Shown in pieces: positions 33,490-41,867 of a stretch of 54,238 nt of DNA. Every line of letters starts with the position of its first letter. The first letter of the stretch is position 1. Source of the DNA: Acidobacteriota bacterium (lineage in GTDB: Bacteria > Acidobacteriota > Thermoanaerobaculia > UBA5066); NCBI GenBank assembly GCA_037443065.1, contig JBBIPB010000001.1, positions 1-54,238 on the forward strand, in the 5' to 3' direction. The position numbers and the translations under genes are program-made. The notes beneath the pieces are model-generated. The model was not told the origin of the DNA. It worked only from the letters and a program-made list of their open reading frames with translations, and did not search any database.

Positions 33490-34301
33490 GTTCGCAGTTC
33501 TTCCGCGACCTCGCCGCGCTCCTCGAGCGGCACCCGCGCCTCGCGATGGCGACGGTCGTCTCGGCCGTGGGTTCGACGCCGCGCGAGACGGCGGCTCGGA
33601 TGCTCGTCTTGCCCGACGGAACGACGCACGGGACGATCGGCGGCGGGAAGTTCGAGTCGCTCGTCCTGGAGGACGCCCGGGGGCTCCTCTCGCGCGGCGG
33701 CCTCCCCTTCACGAAGGAATACGTCTTCCTCCCCGAAGGCGAGAACAGCTTCGGCGCCGTCTGCGGCGGACGGGCCACCGTGATGCTGGAGATCGTCGAG
33801 CGGGCCCCGCGCCTCCTCGTCTTCGGAGCGGGACACTGCGGGCGGGCCCTCGCCCGGGCCGCGGCGATCACGGGATTCGAAGTCACGGTCTGCGACGAGC
33901 GCGAAGGGCAGCTCGACCCGTCCGCCTTTCCCCAGGGGACGCGCCTCGTGAAGGTCGCCGACGACTATGCCGATCTCCCCCTCCCCTCCTCGTCCGACTT
34001 CGTCGCCGTCATCACGCGCGGGCACGTCACGGACGGTTTCGCCCTCCGGCGGCTCAGGGGCGTCCCGGTCGCCTACCTCGGGATGATGGGGAGCCGCGCG
34101 AAGCGCAAGGCGCTCTACGACGAGCTCCGCGCCGAGGGGTGGCGCGACGAGGAGTTCACCCGGATCCAGAGCCCCATCGGCCTCGACATCGGAGCCGAGT
34201 CGCCGGAAGAGATTGCGATCGCGATCGTGGCCGAGATGATCCGGTTGCGCCGTCAGGGCCGCGCGGGGACGCTCGCGTCGACGGGGGTCAGCCAGCCGTA
34301 A
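33486..34301 (+). CDS. XdhC/CoxI-family molybdoenzyme maturation protein
   Basis: The ATG at 33486 overlaps the upstream stop (ATGA). It has LAMATVVSAVGSTPRE, GTIGGG and the Rossmann-like LLVFGAGHCGRALA. Confidence 0.8.
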   Translation: MSSQFFRDLAALLERHPRLAMATVVSAVGSTPRETAARMLVLPDGTTHGTIGGGKFESLVLEDARGLLSRGGLPFTKEYVFLPEGENSFGAVCGGRATVMLEIVERAPRLLVFGAGHCGRALARAAAITGFEVTVCDEREGQLDPSAFPQGTRLVKVADDYADLPLPSSSDFVAVITRGHVTDGFALRRLRGVPVAYLGMMGSRAKRKALYDELRAEGWRDEEFTRIQSPIGLDIGAESPEEIAIAIVAEMIRLRRQGRAGTLASTGVSQP

Positions 34302-35197
34302 CGGTCCGGGACCTTCCCCTCGACGATGTCGAAGAAGGCCTTCTGGAGCCTCTCGGTCATCGGGCCGCGCTTTCCGTCGCCGACGGGGATCCGGTCGACG
34401 GAGCGGATCGGCGTGATCTCGGCGGCCGTGCCGGTGAAGAACATCTCGTCCGCCGCGTAGATCATCTCGCGGGGAATCGTCTTCTCCTCCATGTGGAAGC
34501 CGAGCTCGCGCGCGAGCTGGATGACGGAAAGGCGCGTGATCCCCGGGAGCGTCGACGCCGAGAGGGGCGGCGTGTAGAGCCGCCCCTTCCATACGAGGAA
34601 GAGGTTCTCGCCCGACCCCTCCGAGATCCGGCCGTTGTGGTCGAGGGCGATTCCCTCGTGGTAGCCGTTCGTGATGGCTTCCATCTTGATGAGCTGGCTG
34701 TTGGCGTAGTTCGCCGTCGCCTTCGCCATCGCGGGCATGGTGTTCGGAGCGATCCGCATCCAGGAGGAGCAGCAGACGTCGACGCCGTTCTCGATCGCCT
34801 CCGGGCCGAGGTACTTCCCCCATTCGTAGCAGCCGATCATGACGTCGACCGGGTTCGGGAAGGGGTTCACGCCGAGCGAGCCGAACCCGCGGTAGACGAG
34901 CGGGCGGATGTAGCAGGCCTGGTACTCGTTCGCCCTGATCGTCTCGAGCGTCGCGTCCTTCAGCTCGTCGATCGTGTACGGGATCTGCATCCGGTAGATC
35001 TTGGCCGACCAGAGGAGCCGGTCGAGGTGTTCCTCGAGCCGAAAGACCGCAGGGCCCCGCATCGTCTTGTAGCAGCGCTCGCCCTCGAAAACGCCTGATC
35101 CGTAGTGCAGGGCGTGCGTGAAGACGTGGATCTTCGCGTCGGCGAAGTCGACGAGCTTGCCGTTCATCCAGATCTTCTTGACGCTCTCGAAAGCCAT
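34253..35197 (-). CDS. ilvE: Branched-chain amino acid aminotransferase
   Basis: MAFESVKKIWMNGKLVDFADAKIHVFTHALHYGSGVFEGERCY plus the class IV aminotransferase core. It overlaps xdhC convergently by 49 nt. Confidence 0.9.
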   Translation of the reverse strand: MAFESVKKIWMNGKLVDFADAKIHVFTHALHYGSGVFEGERCYKTMRGPAVFRLEEHLDRLLWSAKIYRMQIPYTIDELKDATLETIRANEYQACYIRPLVYRGFGSLGVNPFPNPVDVMIGCYEWGKYLGPEAIENGVDVCCSSWMRIAPNTMPAMAKATANYANSQLIKMEAITNGYHEGIALDHNGRISEGSGENLFLVWKGRLYTPPLSASTLPGITRLSVIQLARELGFHMEEKTIPREMIYAADEMFFTGTAAEITPIRSVDRIPVGDGKRGPMTERLQKAFFDIVEGKVPDRYGWLTPVDASVPARP

Positions 35198-35245
35198 GAG
35201 TCCCTCCCGTCCAAGGACCGCGCGATCCTAACCGAAAAGACTCCG

Positions 35246-36106
35246 TCAGACTCGTCGGAGATCCGGAGTCCCGACCAAGAGCGTGAGTGCCGCCACGACG
35301 GCCGTCTCGAGACGGAGGATCCGGGGACCGAGGGACACCCGAAGAGCACCGGATTCTTCGAAAAGGAAGATCTCGGCCGGCGTGAACCCGCCCTCCGGGC
35401 CGATGGCCACCGCCACGCGGCGGGCGAGGGAAGAGGAGAAGGACGATCTCGAGATCGTCTCCGTGATCGGTGCGCCCGACGGATCAGCCACGAGGAGCGG
35501 GTGTCGCTCCTGCTCCTGGCCTTCTTTCCGTCGAAGAGAATCTTCGATCTCCTCGGGCCCTTCGACGCCTGGAACGATCGTCCGGTCGCACTGCTTCGTC
35601 GCCTCCGCGGCGATCCGCGAGAGGCGCGGGAGGCGTGCCCGGAGGGCGGCGACGTGTGCCTTCTGCGAGCGCGCCGCCGAAAGGAGGACGAAGCCGGCGG
35701 CGCCGCACTCGGTCCCCTTCTCGACGGCCCACTCGACGCGCGCCGGCTCCGCGCAGGCGAGGAGGACGGTAACCCTGAGGACGGGCTCGCCGGGGAGGGA
35801 CGCGAAGAAAGAGGGAGACGTGGGAGAAGACCCGGAGGAGAGACCGGGAGATTCTTCGAAGGCGATCAGGCCGACGGACGTCCCGCGACGAGCAATTCGC
35901 GCACGCGCCCGCACACCCTTTCCGTCGATGGCGACGACCTCGTCGCCATCGCGCAGGCGGCGAGTGCGGATATGTGCCCTCTCTTCCTCTCGAAGCAGGA
36001 CCTCTTCGGACGATCCCCGATACGCCGCCAGCTCCGGCACGATGACCCTCGGCGGCCGTGCCGCCGAGGGTTCCGTCCCCTCTTCTCTCTCCTTCTTTCT
36101 CTTCAT
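35246..36106 (-). CDS. rsmE: 16S rRNA (uracil1498-N3)-methyltransferase
   Basis: Has a PUA-like N-terminus (RTRRLRDGDEVVAIDGKG), KQCDRT and IGPEGGFTPAE. I use the ATG at 36106, which overlaps the prmA stop (ATGA). Confidence 0.8.
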   Translation of the reverse strand: MKRKKEREEGTEPSAARPPRVIVPELAAYRGSSEEVLLREEERAHIRTRRLRDGDEVVAIDGKGVRARARIARRGTSVGLIAFEESPGLSSGSSPTSPSFFASLPGEPVLRVTVLLACAEPARVEWAVEKGTECGAAGFVLLSAARSQKAHVAALRARLPRLSRIAAEATKQCDRTIVPGVEGPEEIEDSLRRKEGQEQERHPLLVADPSGAPITETISRSSFSSSLARRVAVAIGPEGGFTPAEIFLFEESGALRVSLGPRILRLETAVVAALTLLVGTPDLRRV

Positions 36107-36936
36107 TCGAAGGATTCTGCGGCCGTGCCGAGCCATTCGTTCTCGGTGAGGGCGCGGACGATCCGGAAGCGGTTCCCTCTCAAGAGATCATCCCACTCCC
36201 GTTCCCGCTCGACGAGGAGCCCGGAGCTGAGCAGGCGGCCTCCCGGCGCGAGGCGGGCGCGGATACCCGGCAGGATCGGCGCGACCTCCTCGAGGATCAT
36301 GTTCGCGACGATCACGTCGAAACGGGCGCTTCCTCGAAGGGCGTCGAGCGGCCCCGCGAAGACCCCGGCGCGGCGGATCCGGTTCGAGATCCCGTTTCCA
36401 CGGGTCGCGATCGCGGCGTCGACGTCGACGTCGAACGCCGCGGTCCAGGCCGCCCGCTCGAGCGACGCGACGAAGGCGAGCGTGCCCGCCCCGCATCCGA
36501 CGTCGAGGACGCGCCGGCCGGCGAGGGGCTCGAGGAGGAGGAGCCGGAGGGCCAGGCGCGTCGACTCGTGCGACCCGGTCCCGAAGGCGCGTGCCGCGGG
36601 GAGGTGGAGACGGATCTGCCCGGGACCCGGCGCCGTCGCGAGATCGCCGTCCTGCGGATCGAAGAGGTACCGGCCGACGAGGACGCTCTTCTGCAGGGTC
36701 CGTGCTTCCGCCACCCAGTCCCGGGAGAGTTCTTCGAAGGAAAGAAAGCCGGCGGCGCCCAGGCTTTCCAGGATCATCCGCGCTTCGGCGGCGTCCTGCG
36801 GCTCCACCCAGATCGCGAGATCGTCCGAAGGCCCGCGCGTCGCAGAAAAGACGATTCCTCCGAACCTTTCGAAGAGATTCTCTTCTATGGTGTCGGCCTG
36901 GACAGCCGGGACCACGAAGCGGACCGCAGCGATCAC
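36103..36936 (-). CDS. prmA: Ribosomal protein L11 methyltransferase
   Basis: The start GTG 36936 overlaps the dnaJ stop (GTGA). It has FGTGSHESTRL and VLDVGCGAGTLA. The upstream 230 codons of the listed ORF are antisense-type junk over dnaJ. Confidence 0.8.
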   Translation of the reverse strand: MIAAVRFVVPAVQADTIEENLFERFGGIVFSATRGPSDDLAIWVEPQDAAEARMILESLGAAGFLSFEELSRDWVAEARTLQKSVLVGRYLFDPQDGDLATAPGPGQIRLHLPAARAFGTGSHESTRLALRLLLLEPLAGRRVLDVGCGAGTLAFVASLERAAWTAAFDVDVDAAIATRGNGISNRIRRAGVFAGPLDALRGSARFDVIVANMILEEVAPILPGIRARLAPGGRLLSSGLLVEREREWDDLLRGNRFRIVRALTENEWLGTAAESFE

Positions 36937-38063
36937 TCGGAGAGAAAGTCCTTCAGCCGCTCGAAGAACCCCTTCTCGTCCTTCGTCGGCGTCCCCGCGG
37001 CGCCGTCCTCGAAGACCGCCGCGAGCCGCTGGACCGCCTCGCGCTGGGCGGCATTCATCTTCTTCGGAACGCGGATCGTGACGAGGACGTGCTGGTCGCC
37101 GCGCCCGCGCCCGTCGAGCCTCGGAATCCCCTTCCCCTTCAACGTGAAGACGCGCCCGGCGGCCGTCCCCGGGGGAAGGTCGAAGGCCGCGTCCCCCTCG
37201 AGCGTCGGGACGGTCACGGAGCCGCCGAGGGCCGCCAGAGCGAACGGCACGGCCCAGGTCAGGATCACGTCCGACCCGTCGCGCCGGAACGTCTCGTGCG
37301 GTGCGACCGCGATCACGACGTAGAGGTCCCCCGCGCGCCCCCCGGCGCGCCCGCGATTGCCTTCGCCGGTGAGGCGGAGGCGCGCCTCGTCGTCGACGCC
37401 GGCGGGGACGTGGATCGTCAGCGTCCGCTGGCGGAGCACGCGTCCTTCGCCCCGGCAGTCCGGGCACGGCTCCTTCACGCGCTCGCCGGTCCCCTCGCAT
37501 TCCGGGCAGGGGCGCGACATCGCGAAGAAGCCCTGGCGGAACTGGAGCTGCCCCTGGCCGCGGCACGTCGTACAGGTCGTGGCGCCCGCGCCGCCCCGCC
37601 CGCCCTTTCCGCCGCAGGCCTCGCACGTCTCCTGCCGCGAGAGCGGTACCGAAACGTCCGTCCCGAAGGCCGCTTTCTCGAACGTCAAACGGAGGTCGGC
37701 ACGCAGGTCCTCTCCCTGGCGCCGCCGGCCGCGGGACACGGCGCCTCCCATGCCGAAGCCGAAGAAGTCGCCGAGGATGTCGGCGAAGTCGACGAAGCTC
37801 GAGGGGTCGAAGCCGGGTCCCCCGGCGGGTCCCCGGAACGCGTCCGGGCCGAAGCGGTCGTAGCGCGCGCGCTTCTCGGGATCCGAGAGGACCGAATACG
37901 CCTCGGCCGCGAGCCGGAAGCGCTCCTCCGCTTCCCGGTTCCCGGGATTCCGGTCCGGGTGGTACTTCAGCGCCGCCTTCCGGTACGAAGACTTGATCGC
38001 CTCCGGCGTCGCGTCGCGCGGGACGCCGAGAAGCTCGTAAAAGTCGCGGGGCGTGTCGGTCAC
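36933..38063 (-). CDS. dnaJ: Chaperone DnaJ
   Basis: Has the J domain (DFYELLGV...KYHPDRN), a G/F region and four CxxCxGxG zinc motifs. Confidence 0.95.
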   Translation of the reverse strand: MTDTPRDFYELLGVPRDATPEAIKSSYRKAALKYHPDRNPGNREAEERFRLAAEAYSVLSDPEKRARYDRFGPDAFRGPAGGPGFDPSSFVDFADILGDFFGFGMGGAVSRGRRRQGEDLRADLRLTFEKAAFGTDVSVPLSRQETCEACGGKGGRGGAGATTCTTCRGQGQLQFRQGFFAMSRPCPECEGTGERVKEPCPDCRGEGRVLRQRTLTIHVPAGVDDEARLRLTGEGNRGRAGGRAGDLYVVIAVAPHETFRRDGSDVILTWAVPFALAALGGSVTVPTLEGDAAFDLPPGTAAGRVFTLKGKGIPRLDGRGRGDQHVLVTIRVPKKMNAAQREAVQRLAAVFEDGAAGTPTKDEKGFFERLKDFLSE

Positions 38064-38116
38064 GGGCAGGCGATTCTAGCGGCTCGGATCCGGGGCGCCG
38101 CGCGTCCGTCCGGAGA

Positions 38117-39940
38117 TCAGGCCTCCCGGTTCTCGGGCTTGTAGAGCATGGCCTGGGTCAGGATCTTCGAAACGCCCTTCATGTCGATCAGCGCGTCGTC
38201 GATCGGCCCGCGGTCGTCGCCGGTCATCACCTCGCGGGCGTTTGCGAGGGTCTTCTCGACGCGCTCGCGCTCGTCCTCCGCAAGGAGGTTCCCGAACTCG
38301 CGGAAGATCCGGTCGTTCCCCGCGATCATCCCCTCCAGCTTGTTCTTCAGCTGGCGCAGCTCCTTCTTCTTCTGGTCGATCGCCTTGTTCGAGGCGGCCT
38401 CGGCGATGATCCGGTCGATCTCGTCCTGCGCGAGGCCGCCCGCGGGGTTGATCTGGATCCCCTGCGCCTTGCCCGTCGCGAGGTCTCGCGCCGAGACGTT
38501 CACGATGCCAGAGGAGTCGATCGCGAAGGTCACCTCGATCTGGGGGACCGCCTTCGCCGCGGCCGGGATGCCGATGAGCTGGAACTTCCCGAGCGACTTG
38601 TTCTCCTTGGCGATCTCCCGCTCGCCCTGCAGGACGTGGACCTCGACGGTCGTCTGGTTGTCGGCGACCGTCGTGAAGATCTGTGTGTTCTTCGTCGGGA
38701 TCGTCGAGTTCCGCTCGATGAGCTTCACGAAGATGCCGCCGTGGGTCTCGATGCCGAGGGAGAGGGGTGTGACGTCGAGAAGGACGAGATCCTTGATCTC
38801 GCCCCGGAGGACGCCGGCCTGGATCGCGGCGCCGACGGCGACGACCTCGTCCGGGTTGATCGACCGGTTCGGGGGCTTGCCGAAGATCGTTTCGACCATC
38901 CGCTGCACCATCGGCGTGCGGGTCTGGCCGCCGACGAGGATGACGTTGTCGATCTGGTCGGGCTTCAGCCCGGCCGCCTCGAGCGCGTTCTTGCACGGCC
39001 CCTCGGTCCGCTGGACGAGCTCGGCGACGAGCGCCTCGAACTGGTCGCGCGAGAGGACCTTGTTGATGTGCTTCGGGCCGGCGGCGTCCGAGGCGATGAA
39101 CGGAAGCGCGATCGTCGTCTCGAGCGCGCTCGAGAGCTCGCACTTGGCCTTCTCGGCCGCCTCTTTCAGGCGCTGGAGGGCGAGGCGGTCCTGCCTCAGG
39201 TCGATCCCCGTCTGCCGGAGGAAGTCCGCGAGAAGCCAGTCCATCACGCTACGGTCGAAGTCCTCGCCGCCGAGGAACGTGTCTCCCGACGTCGAGAGGA
39301 CCTCGAACATTCCGTTGTCGATCCGGAGGATCGAAATGTCGAACGTGCCTCCGCCGAGGTCGTAGACCGCGATCGTCTCCTGCTTCTTCTGCTTCTCGAG
39401 CCCGTAGGCGAGCGACGCAGCCGTCGGCTCGTTGATGATCCGGAGCACCTCGAGCCCCGCGATCCGGCCCGAGTCGCGCGTCGCCTGCCGCTGCGAGTCG
39501 TCGAAGTAGGCCGGGACCGTGATGATCGCCTCGCGGATCTCCTCCCCGAGCGCCTCCTCGCAGAATTCCTTGATCTCGCGCAGGATGAAGGCGGAGATCT
39601 CCTCGGGCGCGTAGTCCTTGTCTCGGACGCGGATCTTGAGGTCCCCGTTCGCAGCGGGCGTGAGCTGGTACGAGAGGTGCTCCCGAGCCTGCCTCACCTC
39701 CGGGTCTTCCCACTTCCGGCCGATGAGCCTCTTCACGGCGTAGATCGTCTGCGTCGGGTTCGTGATCGCCTGCCGTTTCGCGATCTGCCCGACGAGCCGC
39801 TCGCCGTCCTCCGTGAAGCCGACGATGGAGGGTGTCGTCCGCGCGCCTTCCCGGTTCGCGATGACCTGGGGGGAGCCGACTTCCACGACCGCCGCGCAGC
39901 AGTTCGTCGTCCCGAGGTCGATGCCGATGACCTTCGCCAT
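38117..39940 (-). CDS. dnaK: Chaperone DnaK (Hsp70)
   Basis: MAKVIGIDLGTTNCCAAV, DLGGGTFD and VILVGGQTRTP; full length at 607 aa. Confidence 0.97.
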   Translation of the reverse strand: MAKVIGIDLGTTNCCAAVVEVGSPQVIANREGARTTPSIVGFTEDGERLVGQIAKRQAITNPTQTIYAVKRLIGRKWEDPEVRQAREHLSYQLTPAANGDLKIRVRDKDYAPEEISAFILREIKEFCEEALGEEIREAIITVPAYFDDSQRQATRDSGRIAGLEVLRIINEPTAASLAYGLEKQKKQETIAVYDLGGGTFDISILRIDNGMFEVLSTSGDTFLGGEDFDRSVMDWLLADFLRQTGIDLRQDRLALQRLKEAAEKAKCELSSALETTIALPFIASDAAGPKHINKVLSRDQFEALVAELVQRTEGPCKNALEAAGLKPDQIDNVILVGGQTRTPMVQRMVETIFGKPPNRSINPDEVVAVGAAIQAGVLRGEIKDLVLLDVTPLSLGIETHGGIFVKLIERNSTIPTKNTQIFTTVADNQTTVEVHVLQGEREIAKENKSLGKFQLIGIPAAAKAVPQIEVTFAIDSSGIVNVSARDLATGKAQGIQINPAGGLAQDEIDRIIAEAASNKAIDQKKKELRQLKNKLEGMIAGNDRIFREFGNLLAEDERERVEKTLANAREVMTGDDRGPIDDALIDMKGVSKILTQAMLYKPENREA

Positions 39941-40678
39941 TTAGTTCTCCACGCCTCCGGCCGCAGGCGCCGCCGCGACCTTGACCTTCGCCGGCCGGAG
40001 GAGCCGGTCGTTGAGGAGATAGCCTTTCTGAAGCACCTCGAGAATCGTGAGCGGCTCGGCCATGCGGGTCTCCTCCCGGACGACCGCCTCGTGCAGGTTC
40101 GGATCGAACGGAAGCCCGAGCGCGGGAACCTCCGAGAGCCCGAACTTCCGGAGCACCTCCCCGAGCTGCCGCGAGATCATCTCGATCCCGACGTGGACGT
40201 CCGAACCCGAGGCCGCGTCCCCGGCCTCCAGGTGCTGAAGCGCCCGCTCGAAGTTGTCGAGGACGCCGAGGAGATCCGAGAAGACGTCCACGAGCGCGAA
40301 CCTGAAGAACTCGCTCTTCTCCCGCTCGGTCCGCCGCTTCAGGTTCTCGAAGTCGGCCGTCTTCCGGAGGAGGGCTTCGCGAAGCCGCCCGGACTCCTCC
40401 TGCTCGACGAGGAGGCTCTCCTCGGCGCTGGCGAGTTTTGCCCCCATCTCGACGAGCTTCTGCTCGAGTGCCGCCGTGGCCGCGGAGGGTGGCGGGGCCT
40501 CGGGAGGCGCGGCCGGGGCGGCGGCCTCCTCCTCGCCGTGGCGGCGCTTCTCCTTCGCGGCGACGACGGCCTTCTCCGCCTCGGCGAGCGCCCTCGCGAG
40601 GTCCTCCGCGCCGTCACTCTCGATGTAAACGACCCCGTCGTCCGGAGACGGCGGCGTCGGGCGCGGCGGCTTCGTCAC
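39941..40678 (-). CDS. grpE: Nucleotide exchange factor GrpE
   Basis: The start GTG 40678 overlaps the hrcA stop (GTGA). It has ADFENLKRRTEREK and FDPNLHEAV. Confidence 0.85.
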   Translation of the reverse strand: MTKPPRPTPPSPDDGVVYIESDGAEDLARALAEAEKAVVAAKEKRRHGEEEAAAPAAPPEAPPPSAATAALEQKLVEMGAKLASAEESLLVEQEESGRLREALLRKTADFENLKRRTEREKSEFFRFALVDVFSDLLGVLDNFERALQHLEAGDAASGSDVHVGIEMISRQLGEVLRKFGLSEVPALGLPFDPNLHEAVVREETRMAEPLTILEVLQKGYLLNDRLLRPAKVKVAAAPAAGGVEN

Positions 40679-41736
40679 GGACCCCTCTCCTCGGTCAGGC
40701 GGGACGTCACGAAACGCCCCAGCTCCTCGACGATCGGGACGATCTGTTCGTACTCCATCCGGCGCGGACCGATGATGCCGAGAACGCCGAGCGCCTGGTC
40801 TCCGCTCCTGTACGTTGCCGTGACGACGGCGCTCTGGGTCTCTCCGGTGTAATCGTTCTCCGATCCGATGACGACCGTCGTCCCCGGCGCCGAGAGGCAG
40901 TCCGTCAGGAGGCGGACGAGGCGGGCACGCTCCTCGAAGCTCCGGAGGAGCCTCCGGAGGGCGTCGAGGTCCCGCTGGAACTCGGGCTTCGAGAGAAGCG
41001 CCTCGGTCCCCTCCACGATCACGGCGTCTTCGCCCGGCCGGCTCTCGCCGAAGGCCTTGCACCCGAGTTCGAGCGCCCTCTCCAGCTGGGCGTCGAACCG
41101 CCCCTTCTCCTCATGGAGGGTCTCGAGAAGGAGCCGGCGGATCTCGGCGAGCGTCCGGCCGCCGTAGTCGACGGTCAGCCGGCGCGAGGCGGCATCCAGA
41201 TCGAACGGGGCGAAGTCCTCCCGCGTCTCGATGAGCCGGCTCTCGACGAGTCCGGCCTCCGAGATCTGGACGACGACCACCTTCTTCTCGGCCACGCGCG
41301 TGAAGTGAATCGACCGGAGGACGAAACGGATGGCGGGGGGAGCCGCGACGACCCCCACCTCCCCGGTGAGTTCGGAGAGGAGACGCGAGACGCCACGCAG
41401 GAACCGGTCCGTCTCGAACGTCTCCGGCGACAGCTCCGAGATCATGCGCGCACGGTCCTCCGGACGCGGCGCGCGGGCAGCCATCAGCTCGCTCACGAAA
41501 GTCCGGTAGCCGAGGTCCGTCGGAACGCGCCCGGACGAGACGTGCGGGTGGGTCAGGAACCCGAGGTCCTCGAGCTCGGCCATCAGGTTCCGGAGCGACG
41601 CCGAAGAAAGGCCGAAAGTCCCGAGCCTCGTCAGCTGGCGCGACGAGACGGGTGCGGCGCTCTCGATGTGCGTGCGGACGACCGCACCCAGCACCTCACG
41701 GGACCTCCCGTCGAGCGTCTTTCCGGCGCTGATCAA
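40675..41736 (-). CDS. hrcA: Heat-inducible transcription repressor HrcA
   Basis: Has a winged-helix N-terminus (REVLGAVVRTHIESAAPVSSRQLT) and the HrcA C-domain. The listed start is TTG. Confidence 0.85.
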   Translation of the reverse strand: MISAGKTLDGRSREVLGAVVRTHIESAAPVSSRQLTRLGTFGLSSASLRNLMAELEDLGFLTHPHVSSGRVPTDLGYRTFVSELMAARAPRPEDRARMISELSPETFETDRFLRGVSRLLSELTGEVGVVAAPPAIRFVLRSIHFTRVAEKKVVVVQISEAGLVESRLIETREDFAPFDLDAASRRLTVDYGGRTLAEIRRLLLETLHEEKGRFDAQLERALELGCKAFGESRPGEDAVIVEGTEALLSKPEFQRDLDALRRLLRSFEERARLVRLLTDCLSAPGTTVVIGSENDYTGETQSAVVTATYRSGDQALGVLGIIGPRRMEYEQIVPIVEELGRFVTSRLTEERGP

Positions 41737-41867
41737 CTCCGCATCCCTCCCGGTCGCCGGAGTTTATCCTGCGGGCGTCCGAAACGGCACGGGCGGCCTC
41801 CCGGCAGGAGCGCCGGTGCTAACATCGACCGACGCGCCCCAAGAGCGCACGTGGAACCGGGACGACG

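Noticed and set aside
41790-41825. Possible CIRCE operator (GGTGCTAA) upstream of hrcA.
   Set aside because: Only one arm matches. The sequence at the position of the partner arm (GCCTCCCGG, 9 nt away) has no similarity to TTAGCACTC. I therefore did not call it as a feature.
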